Source: an uncultured Acidobacteriota bacterium
Lineage (GTDB): Bacteria; Acidobacteriota; Vicinamibacteria; Vicinamibacterales; 2-12-FULL-66-21
Assembly: GCA_963839705.1 (NCBI GenBank)
Contig: CAWIWL010000013.1
Coordinates: 453,950-517,949, forward strand
DNA length: 64,000 nucleotides
Reading direction: 5' to 3'
Shown: in pieces, positions 19,802 to 32,600 of the stretch
Position numbering within the stretch: position 1 is the first letter of the stretch
Layout of the letters: the number at the start of each line of letters is the position of its first letter
Notes under the pieces: generated by a model
Databases searched by the model: none
Seen by the model: the letters and a program-made list of their open reading frames with translations, nothing else
Told to the model about the DNA's origin: nothing
Position numbers and translations under genes: made by a program

Positions 19802-21181
19802 GTGCCATTCAACCATCTCGGGCTTCATCCTTCTCTTCTGCAGGGCATCAAGGAGCTGGGCTTCGTTCGGCCCACGACCATTCAAGCTGAGGCGATTCCC
19901 CCTGCGATGCAGGGCAGGGACGTCATCGCAACCGCACAAACCGGCAGCGGCAAGACGGCGGCGTTTCTGCTTCCCATCCTGAACCGGCTGATCGACAAGC
20001 CTCGCCGGACCACGCGTGCGCTCGTACTTGCGCCGACGCGTGAGCTCGCGGCGCAGATTCTCGAGGACCTCAACGCACTCGCCGTCCACACGCCGATCAC
20101 CGGCGCGGCGGTCTATGGAGGCGTAGGAATGGGGCCGCAGGAGCACGCGTTCAAGAGCGGCGTCGACATCATCGTTGCGACACCGGGCCGGCTGCTGGAC
20201 CACATGCGCTCGGGTTACGCGAAGATGAGCCATCTCGAACACCTCGTCCTCGACGAGGCGGACCGCATGCTCGACATGGGGTTCCTGCCCGAGATCCGCA
20301 AGATCCTGACGCACTTGCCAACGCGCCGCCAGACGCTCTTCTTCAGCGCGACGATGCCGCCGCCGATTGCGGCGCTGTCCAGCGAAATGCTCCGTAATCC
20401 TGTGACGATTCAGATGCAGCGCCAGGCCGCGCCCGCCTCGGGGATCACGCAGGCGGTCTATCCGGTGCCGCAAGAACTGAAGCCGGTGCTGGCCGTGCAC
20501 TTGCTGACGCGCGGGACGATGACGCAGGCGCTGATCTTCACCCGGACGAAACATCGGGCGAACCGGCTGGCGGACTTCCTGGTTCGGAGCGGCATCAAGA
20601 CGGAGCGGATCCACGGGAACCGCTCGCAGGCGCAGCGCACGGCGGCGCTCGCGGGCTTCAGGAACGGGACCTATCCCGTGCTCGTCGCGACCGACATTGC
20701 GGCCCGCGGCATCGACGTCGAAGCGCTCGGCCACGTGGTGAACTTCGATGTGCCGATGGCGCCCGACGACTACATTCATCGCGTCGGACGCACGGGCCGC
20801 GCGGAGATGACCGGCGAAGCCTTCACGTTCGTCTCGCCGCAGGAGGAGGGCGAGCTGAAGGACATCGAGCGCGTGCTCGGACGGCGGCTGCCGCGCGTCA
20901 CCGTCCCGGACTTCGACTACGCGGCGCGCCCGCAGGCCAGGCTGGAGATTCCGCTCGCGCAGCGCATCGCGGAGATCAGGGCAAGGAAGCGGGGAGAGCG
21001 CGAGCGCGCCGCCGCCAACGCCGCGCGCCGCTCCGCCGCCCAGCGCGGGCGTCCTGTTACGCCGTCACAGCCGCATGGAGATGGTGGTCATCGGCCGCCG
21101 CGCCCGTCGGGGCCATCAGGACACGGTCATCGTCCGAGCCGTCCGAGCCGATTCGGCGGCCGCGGCCGGCGGACGCGGTAG
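19802..21181 (+). CDS. rhlE: DEAD-box ATP-dependent RNA helicase, RhlE-like, with an Arg/Gly/Pro-rich basic tail
   Basis: F..LGL..P..IQ (Q-motif), AQTGSGKT, PTRELA, DEAD, SAT and HRVGRTGR are all present. The N-terminus closely resembles the E. coli RhlE layout. Confidence 0.85.
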   Translation: MPFNHLGLHPSLLQGIKELGFVRPTTIQAEAIPPAMQGRDVIATAQTGSGKTAAFLLPILNRLIDKPRRTTRALVLAPTRELAAQILEDLNALAVHTPITGAAVYGGVGMGPQEHAFKSGVDIIVATPGRLLDHMRSGYAKMSHLEHLVLDEADRMLDMGFLPEIRKILTHLPTRRQTLFFSATMPPPIAALSSEMLRNPVTIQMQRQAAPASGITQAVYPVPQELKPVLAVHLLTRGTMTQALIFTRTKHRANRLADFLVRSGIKTERIHGNRSQAQRTAALAGFRNGTYPVLVATDIAARGIDVEALGHVVNFDVPMAPDDYIHRVGRTGRAEMTGEAFTFVSPQEEGELKDIERVLGRRLPRVTVPDFDYAARPQARLEIPLAQRIAEIRARKRGERERAAANAARRSAAQRGRPVTPSQPHGDGGHRPPRPSGPSGHGHRPSRPSRFGGRGRRTR

Positions 21182-21236
21182 TCTAAAAGGCTTCAGCGCG
21201 GAGCGCTCGGCTTGGCCGGGTCTACAAGACGCTCGC

Positions 21237-21268
21237 AGTTGCGCGTCGCGCCCGTAGCGCGCTCGCAA
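21237..21268. repeat. REP-like GTAG element variant
   Basis: GTTGCGCGTCGCGCCCGTAGCGCGCTCGCAAC shares GCGCCCGTAGCGCGC..GCAAC with the element at 32810-32836 (reverse complement). Confidence 0.6.
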
Positions 21269-21340
21269 CCTCCCGCTGCGCGGGGGCGTCGAGAGCGGTC
21301 AGCGTTCGGACGATGCCACCTTCCATAACCGCTCGTCGAG

Positions 21341-21810
21341 ATGGCACACGAAAGTCTGGCCCTGAGCGAGCGGCGCGTGATCCGCATCGAGAGTGGCGAT
21401 CGTGCGATTGACCCGCTGTACCGATCCTGGACCTGGATGGGAAGCAGCGCCTTCGACATGTCGCCGGACAGCCGGTGGCGGATACTACTCGAGCCGCGGT
21501 ATCCGCAGTTCGTAAAGGCGCTCAAGACGGTCACGGCCAGTGCCGCAGAGCGGTCCCCCCTGGCGCGTGCGCTGATGCAGGCCGATCTGTGAGGCAGTCT
21601 ACGACATGCTGCGCACGCTCCCGCTGATGCGGCCAGGGAGCCGCGGATCCACACCCGATACCGTTGTGCGCACACAACGCATCGAGGAACTTATGCCGTT
21701 GCTGGCCCGCGCGATCCGAGCGTTGGCGCTGACGCGCGCCGAGATCGAAGCGCTGACGGACAATTATGCGGCCGGAGCGCGAGCTGGCGAGCTGCCCGCT
21801 CTCTTCTCAC
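21341..21810 (+). CDS. Hypothetical protein or gene remnant; two abutting ORFs separated by a stop/frame break at ~21590; 3' end uncertain
   Basis: ORF 21341..21592 (...ERSPLARALMQADL*) and ORF 21606.. (...YDMLRTLPLMRPG...RIEELMPLLARAIRALALTRAEIEALTDNYAAG...) both have G/C-rich third positions and helical protein-like sequence. Skipping one nt at CTGTGAGGC gives ...ADL[W/E]AVYDML. The 3' part overlaps the annotated tail of the convergent helicase. Confidence 0.3.
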
Positions 21811-24800
21811 GTGAAAGCGGTTGGAGAACTGCGCTAGCGGAACACCGTCGCGGTAGACCATTCGATTGCGCGCGGTGCTTCGGATGCGATCGCCTGCGGT
21901 GACGATTCCGGCGAGGTTCAGCGGATCAGCTGTGCCAATCGCGAGGAGTCGGCCGTTGCTGGGCGTACGCCGCACTTCGCGCAGTCGCTCGATGGCCTCA
22001 GGCATCGCGAACTGTTCACCCGACATTCCGGATACGAATCGTCCGCCGCGGATCTCCCCGCGCGCCTCGAGCCGGCGGTAGACGCGGGCGAGATCGCGCC
22101 ACGGCGCCACGATGCTCTCCCGAGTCAGCAGGCGGTGGAAGACGACGCCGTAGCGGCGGAGCAGTGCCCACGCTTCGGCCTCGATCACCGCGCTATCCTC
22201 TGCCGCCAGATGGGGAGTGGGGATCGTGCTCCAGCGCCCGGCGAAGCTCGCCCGGCGATCGCGCACGATCGGGCGGCCGGACGCGCGCACCAGGAGCGCC
22301 CTCAGACCCGAGAACCCATCAGAGGCGGCCAGGCCGCTCGCGACGAGCGCGCCGAGCCCTCGGCGTGTGTCTTCGGCGTCGAGGCCGCTCGCGACGCGCA
22401 CGTCGTTGAAGAATGACGCGCCCCTGCTGCGCAGCACGTCCAGCACGCGCCTGGCCGTGTCGGTGAGTCTGCGCTCGGGATCGTCCGCGACGCGCCGCAG
22501 AGCCTGCCAGGCCTCGCTGTGATCGCGTTGAAAAAGCGCGACCGGCGTGGCAGGGGTGAGCTGCGCAGGTTCCGCGAGCGCGACCGACCGCGGCGAGACG
22601 CGCGCCCAGCCGACCTCTCCAGCGAAACACAACATATCGAGCATCGACGGCTCGTAGCCCTCGACGCGGGCAGGAAGGACCGAGCGTTCCCACGCCGCCC
22701 CGGCAAGCTCGAATCCGTCGAGCTGCGTCAGTGCTTCTCGCAGTCCGTCGAGTCCGGCCAGCCGAGCGACGGGATCGAGGTGCTGCCACCTGAAGAGAAA
22801 CCGCATGAAGTCGGCCGGGCTGACCGGCTCGATCTCGGCGCGAAGCCGGTTGAGCGTGTAGCGGTGAATGCGCGCGAGGAGCGCTCGATCGCACCACTCG
22901 ATACCGCCCTGCCTGGGCGGTGAAGCGACCTCGGAGCACCACGCCCTCCGATTCGAGCGCCAGGAGCGCCGCATCTGCCTCCTTCGTGGCAATCGCTAGC
23001 GATCGAGCCAGCTGGTCCGCAGTGGTCGGACCCACCAGGCAAAGACGGCCGCGAACGAGCTCGGCGATCGCGGCGGCCCGCTCCCACTCACGCGCGCGGG
23101 AGAGCGGCGCCGCGATGGGTGGCTCGAGGACTGCCTCCGGGTGAATCGCGAGGAGCTCGGGAAGCCGCTCTGCCGCAACGCTCAGCAGCTCCGTTCGACC
23201 GGTGTCGTCGAGGCGGCAGTGGCAGCTGCGAGAGGCGCCGGCCAGCGCATCGTGAAACGCTCGGGCCCCCTCGCCCATCTCGCTGTCGAGGAGGTAGCCG
23301 CACGTCATGAGCGCATCGTGCAGCTCGTCGGCATTGCGCGGATCCGGGCGCGCCTCGTCGCGGACCCGATCGATTGCCGCCTGGTCGAGCATGCCAAGTT
23401 CGCCGGCGCCGGCGTCGGTCCCGCGTCGCGTCTGAACGGCACGACTCCGACGCTCTTCGAGGGGCGCATCATCGAGAAACGCGTACGGTTTTGCGCCGAG
23501 GATCTCGTGGGCGAACACCGAGGGCTCCGGCGTGTCTCGCGACACGAGCTTCAATTCGCCGCGATGAATCCGTCCCAGCACGGCGTTGAGGCCATCGAGA
23601 TCCATCGCTTCTTCGAGGCAATCACGAACCGTCTGCGCGACGAGCGGGTGATCGGGAATCTGGCGATCGCCGGGGATGTTCTCGAGGCACGCGGCGGCAT
23701 CGGGGAAGACAGAGGCCAGCAGATCCGCGGCCAGCATCCGTTGCACCTGGGGCGCGATCTTCCGCCCGCCTCGCGTGCGCGGAACGGCGAGCGAAATCGT
23801 CGCGTTCCACCGCCACCGCGTCTCGAAGACCGGTGCGTCGAGAAACGCCTGCACGAGCACGTCGCGGGTCGTTTCGGGGTGCAGGTAGCGGAACACGTCC
23901 GAGAGCGGGAACGAGTGCTGAGGGCCGAGAGAGAGCATCAGGCCGTCGTCAGTCGCCGCGGCCTGCAGCTCGAAGTTGAACTGACGGCAGAAGCGCTTTC
24001 GCAGCGCAAGGCCCCAGGCCTTCGTGACGCGGCTGCCGAACGGCGCGTGCAGGACGAGCTGCATGCCGCCAGATTCGTCGAAGAACCGTTCGAGAACGAG
24101 CGTGTTCTGCGACGGAATCACGCCGAGCACCCGCCGTCCATCAGCCAGGTAGGCGACGGCCTGCTCCGCCGCGTCGCTTCTCAGTCCCGTCTCCTCAACG
24201 AGCCACGCCGTCACATCGCGAACCGTCGATTGAGCGGCCGCCGGTGTCTCCTGCGCGAGCCGGCCATCGATCGCCGCGCGCAGATCGCTGACCGCCTTCG
24301 ACAGCTCGTCGCTTCTGGCCGGCGCCTCGCCGAGCCAGAAGGGGATGGTCGGGGGCGCGCCTTTGGCGTCCGCCACGCGCACGGTCCCCGAGGTCACCTG
24401 CAGAATGCGCCACGAGGCGTTGCCAAGTTGAAAGATATCGCCGGCGATCGACTCGATGGCGAAGTCCTCGTTGAGCGTGCCGATGAAGGTCTCTTCAGGG
24501 TCCAGGATGACGCGAAAATCCGCGATCTCGGGAATGGCGCCACCGGATGTCTGCGCCAGCAGCCGGCTGCCGCGCCGCCCGCGGAGGATTGCGTTGACCT
24601 CGTCGCGGTGGATGAGCGCGGCGCGCCGGCCTTTTCTCGTCGAGAATCCTTCCGACGACATGCTGACGACGGCGTCGAACTGCGCGCGTGTGAGATCGCG
24701 GTATGGCCACGCGCCTCGCACGAGCGCAAAGAGGTCGTCCTCGCGGTACTCGGCGCATGCCGTTTCGGCCACCAGTTGCTGCGCCAGGACGTCGAGCGGC

Positions 24801-26011
24801 GCGTCGTGGGCGACGATCGCATCGAGGTCGCCGCGCCGCACCGATCGCAGCAAGGCCGCGCACTCGATGAGGTCGTCGCGGGAAGTCGGAAAAACCCGTC
24901 CCTTGGGGAGTCCCGCGATCGTATGTCCGGATCGGCCCACCCGCTGCAGCAGCGTGGCAATCCGGTGCGGCGATCCAATCTGGCAAACGAGGTCCACGTG
25001 CCCGATGTCGATCCCGAGTTCGAGCGATGCTGTCGCGACGAGGGCCCGCAGGACTCCCGCCTTGAGCCGCGTCTCGGCGTCGAGACGCATCTCCTTGGAG
25101 AGGCTTCCGTGGTGCGCCGTGACGGCGTCGTCGCCCAACCGGTCGCTCAGGTGACGGGCCAGTCGTTCGGCCATCCGCCGGGTGTTCACGAAGATGAGCG
25201 TCGTGCGGTGTGCCGTGACGAGAGCCGCGAGCCGGTCGTGGTACTCATCCCAGACTTCATGGGCCATCACCGCCTCGAGTGGCGCGCCGGGGATTTCGAT
25301 GCCGAGGTCCATCGTGCGGCGATGACCCGTGTCGACGATCGTGCAGGGATCGCCGGACGTTCCGACCAGGAAGCGTGCGACTTCGTCGATCGGCTTCTGC
25401 GTCGCGGAGAGACCAATGCGCAGGAGGGGCCGATCGCACACGTGCTGCAGACGCTCGAGCGACAGGGCGAGATGGGCGCCGCGCCGCGTTCCAATCACGG
25501 CGTGGATTTCGTCGACGATGACCGTGCGGACCGTGCGCAACATGTGGCGGCTGCGCTCGGACGTCAGCAGCAGGTAGAGCGACTCCGGTGTCGTCACCAG
25601 AATGTGTGGCGGCGTTCGAATCATCGCCGCGCGTTCTCCCTGGGTGGTGTCTCCGGTGCGGACAGCCGCAGTGATCCGCGGCGCTGCCAGCCCTTCCTCT
25701 TCGGCGAGCCGCAGAATCTGCCGGCGCGGCTCGGCCAGGTTCTTGTGAATATCTGCGCTCAGTGCCTTGAGCGGCGACACGTACAACACGCGAACCTCGT
25801 CGGGCAGCGGCGAGGTCAATCCCTCGCGCGCGAGCTCGTCAAGGGCGGTCAGGAACGCCGCGAGAGTCTTTCCTGATCCGGTGGGAGCAGCGATGAGCGT
25901 GTGCCGGCCGGCGAAGATCGATTCCCATCCGCGGGCCTGAGCGGCCGTTGGCTCACCGAGTGTGGTCGTGAACCATTGCCGGACGACGGGATGGAAGCGA
26001 GTGAGCGGCAT
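21691..26011 (-). pseudogene. lhr: Lhr-type large ATP-dependent DExH helicase with a frame break near 22908; exact 3' end uncertain
   Basis: ORF 22319..26011 has [13 protein letters not shown] (Walker A), VIVDEIH (DExH), and helicase C and Lhr-WH-like regions up to ...[14 protein letters not shown]. It then turns to junk. ORF 21691..22992 continues in another frame: [29 protein letters not shown]...ADPLNLAGIV...VYRDGVPLA. Removing one C of CCC 22907-22909 joins the two parts. Confidence 0.8.
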
Positions 26012-26053
26012 TGCAGCTGGTACTTCTGCGAAGGGGGAAGACCAGAGTATACC

Positions 26054-26076
26054 CCCTGAACCTTGAACCCTGAACC
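26054..26076. repeat. Short heptamer array (CTGAACC/TTGAACC)x3
   Basis: CCCTGAACCTTGAACCCTGAACC lies between the helicase start and the permease stop. Same unit as the 39.4-kb arrays. Confidence 0.7.
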
Positions 26077-26080
26077 GCTC

Positions 26081-27512
26081 TTACTTCCCCAGATACGCGT
26101 AGACCGGCAGTCCGGCCATCAGCAGTAGAAACCCCCAAAAGACGACGTCCGGGCCGGCGCCACCAATGGCGAAAAGCGCGTAGATGAACCCCAGGCCGGA
26201 AAGGATCGTGGCACCAGTCGACCAGCTCATGCTCGGCTCGCGGCGGTGGAGGATGACGCCCGCCAGCGAACAGAAGGTGTACGGTACGAGCGTGCTCAGC
26301 GTGGCGAGCAGGAGGATGAACGTGAAGAGCTCGACGAGGCCGCGCGAGTAGTTCATCGCGACGAGCCCGGTCGAAAGCACCGCGGAGACGATCATCGCGA
26401 CGGCCGGCGTGCCTCGGCGCGACACTCGTGCGAACGCGCCCGGGAACAGTCCGTCCCGCGCGACAGCGAGTGGCACTTGACCGCCGATGAGGACCCACCC
26501 GTTCAACGCTCCAAAGCAGGAGATGGCCGCGCCGATCGCGACGAGGGCGGCTGCGCCATCACCCGCGAGCACGCGGGCCGCGTCCGCGAACGGCGCCGTC
26601 GATTGCGTGAGCGTTGCGGGATCCATCAGGCTCATGACGCCGGCCGTGCTCATCAGGTAGAGGGCCGCCGCCAGCAGCGTCCCGATGACCGTCGCCCGCG
26701 GAATCGTACCGGCGGGGATCGACTGTGCTTCCTGCCGGGACCGTGGCGCATTCGAGGCCGACAAACGCAAACAGCGTGAGCGTGACGGTTGCCAGCACGC
26801 CTTTGCCGATGCCATCCTGCACGCCGGTCAGCGAGAAGTGCGATGGTTCGAACGCCAGCGTGCCGGCGATCCCGATGAGGAGGAGGGGAAGAATCTTGAG
26901 AGTCGTCGTGACAAACTGCACGCGTCCCGCGACGAGCGCCCCGCGACAGTTGACCGCCGTCAGGAGCCATATCGTCCCGACAGCCAGCGACGCCGCCGAC
27001 ACCGGGTTCCTGACGACCGATGGGATGAACGGATCGAGGTAACCGACGAAGGCGACTGCCAGCGCCGCATTCGCGGTCCAGATCGAAATCCAGTAGCCCC
27101 ACGCAACCAGGAAACCCGCGAGGTCTCCGTAGGCCTGGCGCGTGTAGGCGTACGGACCGCCGCTGGCCGGACGAAAGCTGGCAAGTCGCGCAAAGACGAG
27201 CGCGAGGCACACCGACCCCGCCGCCGAGATCACCCAGCCCACCAGGCTCAGCCCGCGATAGGCCGCAAGCGACGCCGGCAGCAGGAAGACGCCCGACCCG
27301 ATCATGTTCCCCATCACCAGTGCGACAGAGATCCACAAGCCGATGACAGGCGGAGCGGAAGTTGATGACGACGCGGGAGAAGCCGGAGGGGACGATGACG
27401 ACGGAGCTGACGAACTGGAACTTGAAAAGGAAGGTTCCGGCGGTACCGTCATCGGCGGCGATGGTAGCACAGCGTCGCTGAGCGGCCCCGTGGACGTCTC
27501 GTGCCCGAACAT
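26081..27512 (-). pseudogene. APC-superfamily amino acid permease with a frame break at GGGG 26714-26717; start uncertain
   Basis: ORF 26559..27512 has VMGNMIGSGVFLLP and TM helices up to ...FAFVGLECATVPAGSTVDP. ORF 26081..26815 continues in another frame with ...GTIPRATVIGTLLAAALYLM... through to a C-terminal TM. Removing one C of CCCC (coding strand) gives STVDPAGTIPRAT. Confidence 0.8.
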
Positions 27513-27517
27513 GGAAC

Positions 27518-27557
27518 GGGGCTGGCGAGTTCGGTCGATCCGAACGCGGCCAGCCCC
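27518..27557. terminator. Nested GC-rich hairpin between the BON gene stop and the permease start
   Basis: GGGGCTGGC...GCCAGCCCC is the outer stem, with an inner stem GTTCGG/CCGAAC. Lies 13 nt after the stop at 27570(-). No U-tract. Confidence 0.35.
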
Positions 27558-27569
27558 GATTTGACGTGC

Positions 27570-27872
27570 TTACGCGACGACGCGCTTGCGCTTGTCTGGT
27601 GAAGAGTCGTCCGTCACGCGGAGGAGGTTCTCCACGCCAGCCGCGCCGAGGGCGCGGGCGAGGATGTCCGCGCGACGCCGTTCGACGGGCGAGCGCACGA
27701 CGCCCTTGAGCGTCACGTGGCCGTCGTTGACCTCCACGTTGATCACGGTCCGGGTCTTCCCCGAGCCGGTCCAGAACGAGGGGTCCTCTTCGATTTGTTC
27801 GGTAATAACCAGTTGAAGCTCGTCGTCATCGAGCAGGCCCGACTTGGCCCGACGGATAATCTCTGCGCGCAT
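27570..27872 (-). CDS. BON domain-containing protein
   Basis: 100 aa with ...INVEVNDGHVTLKGVVRSPVERRRADILARALGAAGVENLLRV, a BON-domain pattern. AAGGAGAGAT precedes the ATG. Confidence 0.75.
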   Translation of the reverse strand: MRAEIIRRAKSGLLDDDELQLVITEQIEEDPSFWTGSGKTRTVINVEVNDGHVTLKGVVRSPVERRRADILARALGAAGVENLLRVTDDSSPDKRKRVVA

Positions 27873-28033
27873 ATCTCTCCTTGAATCCAGCCTAACCCGG
27901 CCTTGATCCCCAACCCGGCCGCGACTCGCCTAAGTCTCGGGGCCCCGGGCGGTTGCAGTTTACCTGATCGATCTACTCTCTTGGACGCTTCCGCGTTTCA
28001 TTTGGCCCCCGCCAGCTCATCCGTAGTGAGATT

Positions 28034-28145
28034 CGTAGCGTCCGGCTTCCCGCCTTCGCGCAAAGCGCTTCGGCGGGCGCGCCGTAGGCTTGGCGGAGGC
28101 GGGCAGCCGGACCACAGCAAGTCCGCCTGAAGGCGGACACTACGG
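28034..28145. repeat. Two REP-like GTAG hairpins; the first has a ~59-nt family-2 repeat inserted in its loop
   Basis: CGTAGCGTCCGGC (28034-46) + [TTCCCGCCTTCGCGCAAAGCGCTTCGGCGGGCGCGCCGTAGGCTTGGCGGAGGCGGGCA] + GCCGGAC (28106-12). This is followed by GTCCGCCTGAAGGCGGACACTACGG (28121-45, reverse orientation). Confidence 0.8.
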
Positions 28146-28166
28146 CTCAGGGTGATGCGAAGTAGC

Positions 28167-29567
<1,401 letters not shown>

Positions 29568-29571
29568 TTAT

Positions 29572-29633
29572 CCCCCTTCGCGCGAAGCGCTCCGGCGGAT
29601 CCGCCGTAGCCGTGGCGGAGGCGGACCGTGCTA
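29572..29633. repeat. Family-2 GC-rich repeat adjoining a REP half-site
   Basis: CCCCTTCGCGCGAAGCGCTCCGGCGGATCCGCCGTAGCCGTGGCGGAGGCGG followed by ACCGTGCTAC (reverse complement GTAGCACGGT). Lies in the divergent argG/TonB-receptor intergenic region. Confidence 0.7.
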
Positions 29634-29667
29634 CCATCCGCGACAGTATTCGCGGGAGGAAATCGTG

Positions 29668-32600
29668 ATGTCGATTCGACTGATGCTCCGTGCTCTGGTT
29701 CTTTTCCTGGCCCTTCCCCTGCACGCAACGGCTCAACAAATCACCACCGGCGTCATCCAGGGATCGGTGGCCGACGCGACCGGCGCGAGCCTGCCTGGCG
29801 TGACCGTCGAGGCGCGCAACGTCGATACCAACTTCGGCCGGACGCTGGTGACCGAAGCGGACGGCCGGTTCGTGTTCCTTCAGCTTGCGCCCGGCAACTA
29901 TCGCATGACGTTCACGCTGCCGGGATTTGCGACGCACATCCAGGAGAACATCGTGCTGACCGTCGGTGGTTTGATCACCCTGCCCGTCGCGATGAAGGTA
30001 TCGGGTGTGTCGGAAACGGTGACGGTCACGACCGCGACCGCCGTCATCGAAACGTCGCGAACCGCATCGGCGACGACGCTGAATCAGAACACGATCGAGA
30101 CCATCCCGATCCTGGGCCGGAAGTTCGAGGATCTGCTGACGCTGACGCCGGGCGTGGCGATTGTCCAGGGGGCGGACGGCGACGAGATCAGCTTCGCCGG
30201 GCAGCGCGGCATCTTCAACAACATCAGCCTCGACGGCGGCGACTACAACAACGGGTTCTTCGGCGAGCAGGCGGGGGGACAGCGCGCGTCGATCGACATC
30301 ACGCTCGACGCGATCAAAGAATTCCAGGTCATTGCGACCGGCGCGCCGGCCGAGTTCGGCCGCACCGCCGGGGGCGTCGTCAATGTCGTCACCAAGTCCG
30401 GCACCAACGCCGCCAGGGGCAGCGTGTTCTACTTCCAGCGGCTGGAGGAGCTGACGGGTGATCTGTCCGACGGATCGAAGCTCGAGGGTTTCCACCGCGA
30501 GCAGTACGGCGGCACGGTCGGCGGTCCCATCAAGAAGGACAAGGCGTTCTTCTTTCTGGCGACAGAGGGGATCAACGCGAACTTCGAACGGCCGAATCTG
30601 AGCCGTCAGCTCGGTGACGTCCCGTGTCCCCTGGCGAATCCGACGGTGCCGCAGAACGAGTCGCTCATCAACTCGGTCCCCGACTGCCAGCGGACGGCGC
30701 TGCTTTCTTTCTTCCAGTCGCGGCTGAACATAAACGAAGGTACACCCATCGACCATCCGCAGCGGACGACGGCCATCCTCGGCAAGATCGACGTCGTCGC
30801 CAATGCCAGCAATAACATCTCGGGCTCGTGGAACTTCAACCACTCGCGGAAGACGAACGAAACGTTCGACGTGGCGACTTTCGGCCCGTCGGCGAACGGG
30901 ATCGAGGGCGATCCTGCGCGCATCAACGTGATGAACCTCAACTGGTTCACAACCCTGTCCGCGCGGACGGTGAACGAGGCGCACTTCACATACTCGCGTG
31001 AGAGCCGGCCCCGCACCGCAGCGGGGTCCGGACTCACCGCCGATACCGGCATGGGCTTCGGCCCCTCGTTCCGATTTGGCGATCCGTTTTTTCTCCAGCC
31101 GAACGTCGACGAGCTCATCTGGCGCACGCAGATCAAGGACAGCCTCTCGATCGTCACCGGCAAGCACACCTATAAGGTGGGCGGCGAGTGGATGCACACG
31201 CTGAACGATCAGGTGTTCCGCGGCTTCTTCAACGGCCGCTACATCTTCAGCAGCGTGTCCGGCTTCCTGCGCTACGCGTCGCCAGCTGCGACGGGCGGAT
31301 TCGGTCCGAACACGGTCGGCTGCTCCAACGGCTCCTTTGTCACGTTCCCGGCGGCATGCCCTGCGGGAACGACGACCGACGGAGGGCCGCTCCTCCTCTA
31401 CCTGCAGGGCGCGGGCCGCACCGGCCTGGCGACCGACGCGACCGGCGCATCGGTTATCTCGAACGACGAGTTCTCGCTCTTCGCGCAGGACTCCTGGCAG
31501 GTGCGTTCGAACCTCACCCTGAACTACGGGTTGCGCTGGGACTCGCAGCGGATGCCCGAAACCGTCGATCCGACGACGACCGCGTATGGCGCGTTTCTCG
31601 ACGATCCGACGTTCCCGTCCGACGGCACGATTCCGAGCCAGTGGAGCATGTGGCAGCCGCGCCTTGGCGTCGCCTGGGATGTGAGCAGCAATGGACAGTC
31701 GCTGGTGCGTGCGAGCTGGGGCGTGTACTACGCCCGGCAAAACATGCTGAGCCAGGTCGGATCGGTGACGACCAATGGCCTCCAGCAGCAGACGATCTTC
31801 GCGAACACCCAGAACTTATTGGATTTCGGAGCGCCGACGCCCACGTGGCCGGGCGTCGTGACCCCCGCGCCGCTCCCCGACGGCCAGTTCCCAGACTTCA
31901 GCGGCGTGCGTGTGTTCGATCGCGACTACAAGAATCCGTACGTCCTCGCCTTCAACGTTGCCTTCGAGCAGCAGCTGGCGCCGGACTGGGCGGGGTATGT
32001 CGATTTCATCTGGAACGAGGGCAAAGACCTGACGCGGTTCCTCAACTACAACCGAAGCGGACCTGTGTGCTGCTCGGCCGGTCCAGGAACGGGCAACAGC
32101 TACGACTACACCGGCTCGCCCTGGGGCCTTCAGCTCGACGAGGTGATGGTGACAAACAGCCGGGGGTCGTCGAAGTATCGAGGGCTGACCCTGGGGGTGA
32201 GAAAGCGGCTCTCGAACGGCTTCCAGCTCGAAGGAAACTACGTGCTGTCCAAGGATGAAGACGACGACTCGAACGAGCGCGATCCGTTTACCGACTACAG
32301 CTTCAACTTCTTCGATCTGTCGAAGGATTGGGGTCCATCGAATCGCGACATCCGCCACAAGTTCAACTTCTTCAGCTACTTCATCATCCCGAAGGGGTTC
32401 TGGGCGAACACGCGTGTGCAGTATCGTGGTCCTCAGCCGATCACAGCGGATCCGCGCAGCCTCGACGGCACCGATCGCGGTCGCAACGGAGAGCGTAAGG
32501 ACAACGAGTACTTCTCGTTCGACTGGCGCCTGGGGCGGCCGTTCCGATTCGGCGGGCGCTACGAGATGACGCCGATCCTCGAGATGTTCAACACGTTCAA

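Noticed and set aside
23141-25876. 911-aa plus-strand ORF
   Set aside because: It lies antisense to the Lhr helicase, which has clear Walker A and DExH motifs. The translation is Arg/Ala/Gly-rich with no motifs, making it a typical high-GC shadow ORF.
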